A DNA stretch of 63,904 bases, counting the filler, from Octopus bimaculoides (lineage: Eukaryota), in NCBI RefSeq assembly GCF_001194135.2. It is 6 parts of 6 records of this genome, joined end to end, with 100 filler letters (N's around TTAATTAATTAA, not from the genome) between each part and the next. Parts side by side here need not be neighbours in the genome. Positions count along the whole stretch, not along the records: positions 40,235 to 54,781 come from NC_069002.1; positions 54,882 to 58,426 come from NC_068988.1; positions 58,527 to 62,264 come from NC_068981.1; 3 more parts are not named here. One strand, written 5' to 3'. Position numbers and translations under genes: made by a program. The stretch's first letter is position 1. The number at the start of each line of letters is the position of its first letter. Shown piece after piece: positions 50,341-61,612 of the stretch. A model generated the notes under the pieces. It did no database searches, was not told where the DNA came from, and worked only from the letters and a program-made list of their open reading frames with translations.

Positions 50341-51783
50341 ACCTGAAAGTCTTAAAACTACAAAGGTACATATTACCGTGGAATCATGGATACTTGCACA
50401 AATACCACTAATCACAGGATTGTGGAACCAGGACTAATATGGAGTTAAAGAAATCTCACCACCACCACCATGACCGCCGCCTCAGTCGCCTTTGCCGCCA
50501 GGACCACCACCGCTAAGACGATGACGACCACCACCACCACCACCATCACCTTAACCAACACCACCACCACCACCACAAACCACCACCACCACCACCACCA
50601 TTAATACTACCAATACCACTACGTAAATATGACGAAGACGACAACAACAACAACAACAAAAGTAATAATAGTTGCTTTAAATTTACTTAACAAGGCCTAG
50701 AGATTTGAGAGAAGGGGCTAAGTCGATACCAGCAATCTAGTACTTCTTAGGTATCTTTTATAGACCCCCTCGAGGACTGACTACAATGAGATTTGAACAC
50801 GGAACGTTATCAGCTTGAACAACTACTGCAAGGTCCTTTCCAAGGTTATAAGCTTTCCACTACTAACAATGTTTCCATAAGGCTAGGTTCTATTTATACA
50901 TTATTTGCAATGTTACAGCTTACTAACATCTGCAGAATTTCAGTGAGAGTGAACACAATTTAGTGAAAACACAGTAGTTAACAATACCTGGATATTAAAT
51001 ATTAAAATCATACTTGAAAAAATCGAAATGGAAAATGATTAACTCTTCAACCACAGCTGAAAGCCATTAAAGACGTGTGTTACAGTATTTCTAATTTGTA
51101 TTACGTCTGATTTTCGCTGCAAGCGGTGTAGGAAAGACGTACATTACCAGAATCAGTTCGAGTGTTTATGAATAAGGTACACGTGACATAATTAAGATTT
51201 GAGTGGCAGAGAATGAAACGAGAGAATGTATGTGACCACCTCGGGTCAAATGAATAAATAAATAAATTCATACTTGAATATAACTTCGGCTTTTCATGTT
51301 TATATGTATATNNNNNNNNNNTATATATACATACACATACATACACATATATCTACCTATACACACACACACATATAAGTAGGTAGATATGTCTATGAGA
51401 TTGAACAAAAGAAAATAACACCCAGCATATTTAGCTGGAGTTATAGGTTCCTAATAAGACTTTGACATAACTTTAGATTACCTTAAGTTTTATAGGCATT
51501 GAACACATCCACAGTATGAAATCTATAAAGTTAAAGAGTCTGCATTGATGGCCGTCCTCTATAAATTCTACATATGCTGAAATGATCCGCTGTGTTTGAA
51601 AAAGGAAACAAAACATTAGCAGTAATTATTAGGAAAACAATTCAGTGAAAAAAAAAAGAAGCAACAACCTCAAACAGAATTGGGAGGTAAGTATCAAGAA
51701 ACCAAAAATTGATTTCTGGATTTAAATTACAAACTTAGGGAAAGAAGAGTTTGGATTTTGTTAACATAAGAACAGCTTATGGA

Positions 51784-51813
51784 TACATGTTTCGGTCTAT
51801 TTGTCTTCGTCAG
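51784..51813 (-). ncRNA. Minimal hammerhead ribozyme remnant (Penelope-type)
   Basis: CTGACGA-A-gacaaatagacc-GAAA-CATGT-A; palindromic ACATGT stem III; stems I and II decayed. Confidence 0.4.
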
Positions 51814-52924
51814 TATTGAAGAAAAACTTACGCGTGTGTCACTCAGCCTCAAGTTACTCGAAAGGAGACATTAAGTCTATTTCGAAAGAAGAAGGAATGG
51901 TATTTGGAATTATGGTTTTGGCATATAACCATATCACGTGATGCAGTGTAAAAGAAAATTTTCACAGATTCATAGCCATCACGTGCTGTATGAATTTCCA
52001 ATTATGACACGAACATTTTTCCGACTAAAACTGTATATGTGTGGCTATATTTAGCTCATTCTTTCAGCTCAATTCCACGAGTAACTGTTACTTGCTGTTG
52101 AAACTTAAGACATAGGAAGATAGAAAACCAATCTAGATAGTTCTTTAAATAATATCTCAGAGTTATACCACAATTTCTATGAAGGCCTGTATATATCTGA
52201 CCAAATGTTTGGAACTGTAAAAATCTGCGAAACTTTCCAGAAGATTATCATTTAAATATATATGAGCACGTCTAGATATGCAACTGTATGTATGAAAATA
52301 CATACATAAAACATACAAATCTGCACATACATACATACATACATGCATATATACAAACTTATATACATATATAGATTTACTATGCACATTGTTACTAATA
52401 TCTGTTGAAATAAATGTGAGTGCATAAGAATGTGTATAACTAATTGGTAACATAAGCACACAAGACAAAAGATTAGAGGTGAACGCTTACGCGGAAATAG
52501 CGAAATCAGTATTTCATCTGCATTTTATGTTATTGACAACGAAAGGAAGAAAGAACAAAGCCAATTCTGGTGAGATTTGAACTTGGAACTTTAAAAGCCG
52601 AAGCAGATATTTGCAGCTATTTTGTTCGACGCGGTGAGGATTCTAAAATTGCAAACATACGCATACGCACACGCATAAAGACGTACGTAAAGACACGTGT
52701 TTTATGCAATTATGTATGTATGTACGATTATATGTATATGTATGTCTAAACGTATGTATATGAATACGGCTACTCACACACATATTATATATTAAAGTCG
52801 ATATATATATATATATATATATATGCGTGTGTGTGTACATATTATACACCTATATGGTATATATGCGTATATAAATATATATATATATATGTATATATAC
52901 ATATGTATGTGTGTATATATGTGC

Positions 52925-52968
<44 letters not shown>

Positions 52969-53454
52969 NNNNNNNNNNNNNNNNNNNNNNNNNNNNNNNN
53001 NNNNNNNNNNNNNNNNNNNNNNNNNNNNNNNNNNNNNNNNNNNNNNNNNNNNNNNNNNNNNNNNNNNNNNNNNNNNNNNNNNNNNNNNNNNNNNNNNNNN
53101 NNNNNNNNNNNNNNNNNNNNNNNNNNNNNNNNNNNNNNNNNNNNNNNNNNNNNNNNNNNNNNNNNNNNNNNNNNNNNNNNNNNNNNNNNNNNNNNNNNNN
53201 NNNNNNNNNNNNNNNNNNNNNNNNNNNNNNNNNNNNNNATATATCGGAGAAAATGTGATGTCCATAAATCTACTTTGTAGTCTGTATTCAGTAGCCATAA
53301 ATTTTCGTACCACTTTTCATGCTGCCATTATCATATCTCCTACTAATTCAATTTCTTTGAATTATTTATTGAACAATTTGGTTATGAATGCCTCCTATTT
53401 TGGACCAGTTAACGTTTTCCATGTGCTGAGAATGTCACTCTTACGATCTATAGC

Positions 53455-53524
<70 letters not shown>

Positions 53525-53791
53525 GTCTTTCTGTCAATCTATCTGTCTGCTTCTCCGTCCGTTCATCTGGCTATATGAATATAGACATGTCTATATGAAA
53601 AACCTTTAAGAAAAAATGGTTGAGAGTGACTCCGAAGTTCGGCTTCCTTCCACTTGTCAGAATATGTTAGATTAAGTATATACGTACTAAAAATGTTAAG
53701 TCATCGTTCAGTTTGATGTTAAATTAATTTTTATATATAACCTAACATAAAAACAAAATTGATATGTGTGGGTTTACAAGTTTATGTATAA

Positions 53792-53829
<38 letters not shown>

Positions 53830-54266
53830 ACACACACACACACATACAAACACACATACATATTTATGTGTGTATATATATGTACACACACACATATATA
53901 CATACGTTCATATGTATACATATATATATATTGGAAGGTTTGGAGGTGATGTACAGGAATTATATATTAGAAAAAATAATCCTGTACTCAGATGTCTCGA
54001 TGGTTGTATATTTACAGATGTTTATTGATGTCACATGTTTTTATAAATTAGCGCTTTTACCTAGTCTTGTAGGGTTATCAAATTTTGAATTATATATATT
54101 TATATATGTGTGTGTGTGTGTGTGTGTTTGTGTGTGTGTATGCGTGTATATATATATGTGCGTGTGTATGTGTGTACATATACATAGATACATACATAAA
54201 CAGACAGAGACGCACACACATATATATATATATATATTTGGTTGTGTGTGTGTTTCCTTTGATACT

Positions 54267-54310
54267 CTGATGAAGCATACCGGATATTTCTTTGCAATTG
54301 CTAAACGTAA
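54267..54310 (+). ncRNA. Degenerate minimal hammerhead-like motif
   Basis: CTGATGA-A-GCA...TGC-TAAA-CGT-A; G12 position is T; ACGT palindrome retained. Confidence 0.3.
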
Positions 54311-54881
54311 TCGTCTCGTTTGTGAAAGTTACTTGAGGAAACACGTTAGCGATGCACTTTGCTGGAGGAAAACCTCGTCGTTAATAATAACTGTCCTTTC
54401 TAGTTGCTTGATTCTGTTCTATGTTGAACGTGCAGACTAATATTACAGTTCAAAATATCCGTATTGTTATCCATAGGCGAAGCATGGTTTTATTGATTAA
54501 GAAATTCGTTTGCAAACCAAACTGTTTCGTTTTCAGTTTCACTGCTCTGCACCTTCCGGAAGACAATTTTGCTCCAAGGCCGGCATAAAAATTAATCTAG
54601 TTGATGGAAATTGTGAGAAGAGTTTAAAGACATTTTGCTGAGTTCTGACACTTGCAATTCTCTCATGTCTGTCTCTTTCGCTCTCTTCATGTACATATGC
54701 GTGTGTGCGTGTATGTGAGTGTGAGTGTGAGTTTGTACGAACACCCCCACCACATATATATATATATATATTTATATATATNNNNNNNNNNNNNNNNNNN
54801 NNNNNNNNNNNNNNNNNNNNNNNNNTTAATTAATTAANNNNNNNNNNNNNNNNNNNNNNNNNNNNNNNNNNNNNNNNNNNN

Positions 54882-54921
<40 letters not shown>

Positions 54922-55604
54922 GCGCATACAGACACACACTTCACACACACATATACACATTTTTGTCTATTATAAACCCTCACATGAAATAAAAACGTTC
55001 CTTAAAATTAGCTCAATCATTAGAGGCGCACGCACGTGTATTGTAATACGCACGAACACATTCCCACTCCTTGCTCTCTTATGAGGCTGAACAAAAACAG
55101 AATAATTTATTCCGACACGACATTATATTTAATACAGTCTGGAACCCGAAACTAATGGCACGTATAGTTAATATCGTTACACGTTAATATATACATTTAA
55201 CTTTAAAAGCAACGGAAATTGTACCTGTCTGACATCAAAATATAAGCCATTTACTAAATTATATACTGAATTCTATGCATGAAATTAGCATTTTTAGAAT
55301 GAAATGGAAATCATTTAATATTTATAGTTTTAGCCTGGGTATGCGCTGTTTACTTTGTGTTCAATCAGACGGCATGTTTCTGAGATGCATGTGTGCGCAT
55401 ATCTTTCGCTATTGTACGATGTTATAACTTGTGATGGAGATAAGCATCCGAGAAAACCGAAAAAATTGTTGTTTTACTAACGAAACCCTTCAGATATTTT
55501 TTTTCGAGCGTCGGTATGTTATTTATTTTTCAAAGGCTTCCTATTGTTACGTTCGTCGTCAATAATGCTTTGAACCAATAATTAGCCTTTAAGAAATATT
55601 ATTG

Positions 55605-55760
55605 GCATGTCCGTGTGGTGAAGAAGCTCGCTTAGCAACCATGTGGTCTCGGGTTCTCTTTAGTCAGTCCCACCGTGTAGCACCTTGGGCATGTGTCTTC
55701 TACTATTGCCCCGAGCCGAACAATGTCTTGGTTGGCGGGAAAAAAGACTCATAGGAAACT
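55605..55760 (+). mobile_element. SINE family B head/core fragment
   Basis: gtggtgaagaagctcgcttagcaaccatgtgg...caccttgggcatgtgtcttctacta. Confidence 0.75.
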
Positions 55761-55789
55761 CGTCGTGCTATCCGTCCTCTTCATGTTTC

Positions 55790-56082
55790 GCGTCAGATCG
55801 CAAGACTAAAGCAAAACTATTTCACCTCAACTGGCACTGTTCTCTTTAAACATCATGTCATGACACATAAGAAAAGAAAAAGAATTCATGACATTCAAAA
55901 ACGTTCTGGACGAATATCTCCAACAAATTTCAGATAAACCACCTAACACCCGTATATATCTCTGCAGACAATAACTTTTCATTCGAATGGACTATGGTGC
56001 CCTAAGAATTACTTTAATATGAAACATCATCTTTTCCAGGTAGTGCTATCGAGTTAGATCATGGCCTGAGCCAATTCTGGCC
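55790..56082 (+). mobile_element. CR1/L2-group LINE 3' end
   Basis: IARLKQNYFTSTGTVLF...FKNVLDEYLQQISDKPP, typical of the FK..LD.FL..IPD.P C-terminus. Confidence 0.7.
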
Positions 56083-56238
56083 GTCGACCCCAGTGCGTAA
56101 CTGGTACTTATTTAATCGACCTCGAAAAGATGAAAGGCAAAGTCGACCTCGGCGGGATTTGAACTCAGAACGTAACGGCAGACGAAATACCGCTAATCAT
56201 TTCGCCCGGCGTGCTAACGATTCTACCAGCTCGCCGCC
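56083..56238 (-). mobile_element. SINE family A (tail truncated)
   Basis: Head and body very similar to 9285-9445. Confidence 0.9.
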
Positions 56239-56254
56239 CTATTATACCATGTAT

Positions 56255-56432
56255 AGGCGTAGGAGTGGCTGGGTGGTAAGTAGCTTGGTAACCAACCACA
56301 TAGTTCCGGATTCAGTCCTACTGCGTGGCACATTGGGTACTAGGCTTACAAAGAATAAGTCCTGGAGTCGATTTGCTCGACTAAAAAAAGGCGCTGCTCC
56401 AGCATGGCCGCAGTCAAATGACTGAAACAAGT
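56255..56432 (+). mobile_element. SINE family B with a large internal deletion
   Basis: Head joined directly to gtactaggcttacaaagaataagtcctgg...gactgaaacaagt. Confidence 0.88.
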
Positions 56433-56706
56433 NNNNNNNNNNNNNNNNNNNNNNNNNNNNNNNNNNNNNNNNNNNNNNNNNNNNNNNNNNNNNNNNNNNN
56501 NNNNNNNNNNNNNNNNNNNNNNNNNNNNNNNNNNNNNNNNNNNNNNNNNNNNNNNNNNNNNNNNNNNNNNNNNNNNNNNNNNNNNNNNNNNNNNNNNNNN
56601 NNNNNNNNNNNNNNNNNNNNNNNNNNNNNNNNNNNNNNNNNNNNNNNNNNNNNNNNNNNNNNNNNNNNNNNNNNNNNNNNNNNNNNNNNNNNNNNNNNNN
56701 NNNNNN

Positions 56707-56818
56707 GGTCGGCCCGAGGCTGTAGTAGCGGAAACTTCCCCCAGCATGTCACACAGCGGGATTGGACTCGAGATCATGTGGTTGGAAAGCAAACTGCTTA
56801 CCACACAGTCACGCCTAC
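56707..56818 (-). mobile_element. SINE family B head
   Basis: ggtcggcccgaggctgtagt...gtggttggaaagcaaactgcttaccacac. Confidence 0.85.
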
Positions 56819-57135
56819 GCTTGAAATGTCGACATTTTAATATATACTTCTTTTTCTCTTTTTTTCTTTTTTTTCCTTTTCCTCACCGCATTTATATCTA
56901 CAACGCCTTTATTTGGTTTACTTTTAATTACTTTCTCATTTTCTTTGCCTTTCATGATAAAATGAGAATTGCCTACATGCCTGTCCCCTTTAAATTTATG
57001 GCCGTGTGTCTATGATGGTGTATTGGCAGCAACAATAGAAAAGTTTATAACAATGCGTTACAGGAATTTTAGTAACGTTCCTTCCCGTTCTGGACACACT
57101 TCATGACGTAATCGATATCCCTAGGTGTGCTCCAG

Positions 57136-57207
57136 CAGCGGCCCTTCCCCAAACGCTTTTGCGCCAGGGACCGGTCCCATATAAGACAAAATTTTCCACA
57201 GACCGGG
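57136..57207 (+). mobile_element. hAT-Charlie (MER1-like) terminal fragment
   Basis: cagcggcccttccccaaacgcttttgcgccagggaccgg...aagacaaaattttccacagaccggg resembles my recollection of the MER1 terminus. Confidence 0.55.
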
Positions 57208-57243
57208 AGACCACTCGCGCGACAATGATTTAATTATTCCATA

Positions 57244-57383
57244 TGGTTAGGTGGTACGAAGTTTGCTTCCCAACCACTTGGTTCCGGGTTCAGTCCCACT
57301 GTGTAGCACCTTGGGCAATGTCTTTTACTATAACCTCAGCTCGACCTAAGACTTGTGAGTAAATTTGGTAGACGGAAAATGAA
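57244..57383 (+). mobile_element. SINE family B head/core
   Basis: ggttccgggttcagtcccactgtgtagcaccttgggcaa. Confidence 0.85.
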
Positions 57384-57594
57384 AGGTGATGCTCAAAAGT
57401 TCCTGACTTTAAGGGTGTTGCGAAAGGCCTCGTAGGAGGCCCAACCTCCCGAGTTCTTTTACAAGGCTTAGAAAAATTGAAGGGCTGCTGCAATAAATGT
57501 GTAAATCTGAGAGGGGAATATTTTGAATAAAATCATAATTAACTGATCCTCCTGTATTTTCTTTTACCCAAAGCCAGAAACTTTTAAACAACCT

Positions 57595-57598
<4 letters not shown>
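57381..57598 (+). mobile_element. Internally deleted mariner (MITE) inserted in SINE B
   Basis: TIRs gctcaaaagttcctgactt / aagccagaaacttttaaacaacctctcg; LEKLKGCCNKCVNLRGEYFE resembles the mariner C-terminus. Confidence 0.8.
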
Positions 57599-57633
<35 letters not shown>

Positions 57634-57644
57634 CTTTTTTATTT

Positions 57645-58020
57645 GTTTCAGTTTTTGGTATCACCTCCAGAACTTATCGTTTTAAAGCCTGGCACATATT
57701 CTATCGGTCTCTTATATCGAACCTCTAAGTTACCGGTTAACAAACCATAATGGGAGACCACTCTTAATTTGTTTATATCCTCGTAACTTAGCAGTTCGGG
57801 TAAGGAGCGATAGAATAAGCACCAAATGTAAAACACCCCCAATAAACAACGAAGTACAAAAACACCCCCAATAAACAACAAAGCACAAAAACACCCCCGA
57901 TAAACAACAAAGTACAAAAACAAAAGCGAAATAAGTACTGCGGTAGATATATTCGTCGTTGAAAAACCCTTCCAGGCGGTGCTCCAGCATGGCCACAGTT
58001 CAATAACCGAAAGAAGTAAA
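57645..58020. mobile_element. Two opposed SINE family B 3' halves (minus about 57645-57745, plus about 57780-58020)
   Basis: tattctatcggtctc...ctaagttac versus gtaacttagc...gatagaata; ggcggtgctccagcatggcc tail. Confidence 0.75.
57830..57915. repeat. 29-bp minisatellite, 3 units (aaaaacacccccaataaacaacaaagtac)
   Basis: caccccc motif starts at 57834, 57863 and 57892. Confidence 0.9.
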
Positions 58021-58526
58021 CCATAGAAGGTAAATGTATCTATGTAGACATGTATGAGTAAATGACTATATTTGGTATGTAAGGTGTGTCGCTAACAATA
58101 CCTATAGACACGACATCGACATAACAATAAGATCCGAACAATAAAGCTATTTGACTGCCACCGCTAACTCTGATCCTACTTCCGCCGGCTCACCGGCCTA
58201 TCCACCCGGTCCCCCTTCTCACACCAGCATACCTATCCCTCTCATATTCACCAGCCTACATACATGCCTACGATGTTTGTTTACACAATTATATATCTCC
58301 TGACCAGTGGGTCATTTCCTTGACGCGTTGCTATATCCCGCAGTGTTGTTGACAAGATCACCTGACATACCATTCTCTGTGCAGGTGTGTCGTGCCGTCA
58401 CACACTATATATATATATATATATATNNNNNNNNNNNNNNNNNNNNNNNNNNNNNNNNNNNNNNNNNNNNTTAATTAATTAANNNNNNNNNNNNNNNNNN
58501 NNNNNNNNNNNNNNNNNNNNNNNNNN

Positions 58527-58563
<37 letters not shown>

Positions 58564-58911
58564 ACAGGTTTTAATCCTGTGTTTACAGCTGTATTTATGG
58601 TTTGGATAAGCATTCACAGGTGAAACTTTGAAGTCAGTCAACAAAATTATAATTATACTAAACATGTATTTAAATTCCACACATGTATTGAAAATTTTAT
58701 CCATTCAGAGTTTTTATGATTCTTTGTGTATTTAAAAAGCATTGACCTACAACTAATGTGTGTGTGTGTGTAGTAGAATTTATATGTATTATGATGGATG
58801 AAACATAATCAAAGTTTTGGGCTCATTAATACCTCACACTCCTACCCAGTGTTATACAACATGGTCCACCAAACCATGGGATGGGTTAGTGTGCAGAATA
58901 CAAGCCACATT

Positions 58912-59280
58912 TGTTGGCACTCCGTCGCTTACGATATCGAGGGTTCCAGTTGATCCGATCAACAGAACAGCCTGCTCGTGAAATTAACGTGCAAGTGGCT
59001 AAGCACTCCACAGGCACGTGTACCCTTAACGTAGTTCTCGAGGATATTCAGCTTGACACAGTGTGACAAGGCCGACCCTTTGAATTACAGGCACAACAGA
59101 AACAGGAAGTAAGAGTGAGAGAAAGTTGTGGTGAAAGAGTGCAGCAGGGTTCGCCACCATCCCCTGCTGGAGCCCCGTGGAGCTTTAGGTGTTTTCGCTC
59201 AATAAACACTCACAACGCCCGGTCTGGGAATCGAAACCGTGAGTCCGCTGCCCTAACCACTGGGCCATTGCGCCTCCACT
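58912..59280 (-). mobile_element. Full-length SINE family C
   Basis: tRNA-like head gtggaggcgcaatggcccagtggttagggcagcggactc...gtttcgattcccagacc; 11-bp TSD caagccacatt at 58901-58911 and 59281-59291. Confidence 0.93.
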
Positions 59281-59594
59281 CAAGCCACATTATAGTATTA
59301 ATAAAATAGAAAAAGTAAGCATACTATCTTATGCTTTACAAATCATGAATATGTTTCAGCAAATTAACTGCCAGGATTGCTTAACTGTTTGTTGAAACAT
59401 CCTGTAAACTTATTTATTCACCTCTGCTTGGTGATTAGCAAAAATTTGCCAAAGTACATATATATTTCATATAGCAGAAAATGCCATGCATGTTTCCTGT
59501 ATTTTGTGTGTGATAAAGAAGGAAAGCAATGTTATATATATACATTTGTGTGTGTTTTGTAGAAATATATGAGTGAGTCTATACATTTTTGCAG

Positions 59595-59772
59595 ATATCA
59601 ACCTGATGCTGATGAAATTGAAATGTATCAGAGACTACGGACTGAAGGCATTGAGCTGAAACCTGTTGATGATTGCATGTTAAAATTGTCCCTGATACCT
59701 TGTTTTAGAGATCGTCTTGAATTGATTCACACCATATGGAGCTTCACTGAAGAGAATACAGAATTTGTTATG
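59595..59772 (+). CDS. Internal coding exon of a formin (FH2 domain); subfamily unresolved, partly delphilin-like
   Basis: cattttttgcag|A TAT CAA...GTT ATG|gtaata; 1 nt plus 59 codons YQPDADEIEMYQRLRTEGIELKPVDDCMLKLSLIPCFRDRLELIHTIWSFTEENTEFVM fits the FH2 pattern P..EE...Y....L...D..ML.L..IP....RL......F.E. Confidence 0.8.
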
Positions 59773-60269
59773 GTAATATCAAATGAAAATCGAATTATAA
59801 TTTAAAAACTCATCCTGATTGCTTAGTTTACTAACCTTCATTATAGAACCTTCTTCAGTTAAATTTGTCCATAGATCTGTACATGAATGTGAAGGTGTGG
59901 GCAAGATTTTGTTGAAGAAGACAGGCAATTGTCCCTGTATGCATGTTTCCCTAATGTTTATCCAAAGGAAAGGCTGCTGGATTAGCTTGCATAGGCACCA
60001 TCCATAAATCAGGTACTGTGGTATAAGTCCTAAGACAATATTTTGTATGGACATTCTGCATTACAGCCAATACACCTTGGTATCAGTCTCATTGCAGGTT
60101 TTGCAGCAAGATATTTTGGCCAACCCTCTAACAGATTCATCAATCCTCCTCTCTGGATTGGAATTTTATCAACTCCAAAAGAATTAAAGATTAACTTTGG
60201 TAGGGTTTGAACTCAATGCACAGTAGATGAGAACAAATACTGTGAGGTATCCTGTCCAATGCATTTTGA

Positions 60270-60815
60270 TGGCAGTTCTCCATGTCCACAAATCATGAGG
60301 AAGAGCAGCAAGCCTTCTGTTAGTTATGTAAACTGATTCTCGAACAACCGTACTCTGGAGCACTCAGGGCAAATATGTAGGCTTTGGTCAGATGGGTGTC
60401 AAAACAACGACTCCTGTCTTCGCTATTTCTCTTGAGTGATCTGGATGCTGCCTCAACCACATACCCTTCTGTGCTGCAATTACCTCTCACTCTGTACAGT
60501 CTAACCCTGCTTGGGTGAGTTGGAATTTCAGCTGGTTTTTATAATGTTTTTTTGGTGAGGATCCTTGGGATTTGTTCATGTGTGAGTTATGACCTGTCTA
60601 TCTAAACTGTCTTTGCATCAGTATGGCTTCAATGCTCAAGATGTTGGCCTGCTAGAGCATTTTGTTGTTGGTAATATCTTTGTTCCTTGCATGAGATGTC
60701 CTAGATGGAACAAAGGTATCTCTGTTGGAAGTGTTCCAGCAGCTTGACCAGCTTCTTGTACAGCACCCAACCTTCTGACCCATAGAGGAGAATAGTGATG
60801 ATAACTGTTAATTTG
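60270..60815 (-). mobile_element. RTE (BovB-like) LINE 3' portion, degenerate
   Basis: VIITILLYGSEGWVLYKKLVKLLEHFQQRYL; PKKHYKNQLK; CPECSR zinc-finger-like end. Confidence 0.85.
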
Positions 60816-61014
60816 CCACATGATACTAATCCTAACTTATGACAAAGGCATTCTAGCTATGCTCACACTGTATTTTGTGCATCTTGGACTACATTTTCCA
60901 GTGTGTAATTCTTTTATTGAGACAGTAAGGTATGATTAGTGGGAAATTGGCTGTTAGGTCCAGCAGGTTGCCCAGTAATGTAGTGATAGGGACATGTGGA
61001 GAACAATTATAATC

Positions 61015-61170
61015 CTTTCTTCTATAAGCACAAAGTTTGAAGTCGTTTTTTTTCTTTAAGTTGGGGTAGCTAGTTGATTACATTAACTCCTGTCATTGAC
61101 TAGTACTTATTTTATCAATCCTGACAAAATGAAAGGCAGAATCAACCTCAGCAGAATTTGAATTCAGAAT
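61015..61170 (-). mobile_element. SINE family A, tail A3, degenerate
   Basis: aatcctttcttctataagcacaaag tail; gaatttgaattcagaa. Confidence 0.75.
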
Positions 61171-61363
61171 TTCAAACTTGCAGAAATGCAAAGTGAAATG
61201 AGAAGAAGTTATGGGTGTGTTTTAAAAATAGGTAGTACTGTAGGGTAAAGAAAGGTGCAGTGTNNNNNNNNNNNNNNNNNNNNNNNNNNNNNNNNNNNNN
61301 NNNNNNNNNNNNNNNNNNNNNNNNNNNNNNNNNNNNNNNNNNNNNNNNNNNNNNNNNNNNNNN

Positions 61364-61612
61364 GAAACTGAAAGAAGCCCATCATATGTGTGTGTGTGTG
61401 TGTGTGTGTGTATTTGTCCCTCCCCCTCTCACCATCACTTGTCAACCGATGTTGGCATGTTTACGTCCCCGTAACTTAGCGGTTTGTCAAAAAGAGACCT
61501 AGAGAATAAACACTAGTCTTACAAAGAATAAGTCCTGGGGTCAATTTGTTCGACTAACGGTGGTGCTCCAGCATGGCCACAGTCAAATGCCTGAAACAAG
61601 TAAAAGAATAAA
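61364..61612 (+). mobile_element. SINE family B 3' part (head in gap)
   Basis: gaaactgaaagaagccc...(TG)n...ggtgctccagcatggccacagtcaaatgcctgaaacaagtaaaag. Confidence 0.9.

Noticed and set aside
51100-51175. Walker-A-like peptide LIFAASGVGKTYIT
   Set aside because: Closed by a stop within a few codons, with no other NTPase motifs nearby.
51814-51900. Apparent exon LKKNLRVCHSASSYSKGDIKSISKEEGM
   Set aside because: Its acceptor (cttcgtcag) is the reverse complement of the hammerhead core, so it is probably Penelope-derived sequence.
55776-55796. CTGACGCGAAACATG on the minus strand as a hammerhead
   Set aside because: Lacks A9 and stem II and lies at the edge of a CR1/L2 fragment; likely chance.
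57830-57915. CRISPR-like array (29-bp repeats)
   Set aside because: Units are directly tandem with no spacers, there are no cas genes, and the context is eukaryotic.
8534-59280. tRNA genes
   Set aside because: A/B-box-like segments are SINE heads continuing into SINE bodies; none folds as a complete cloverleaf with a terminator.
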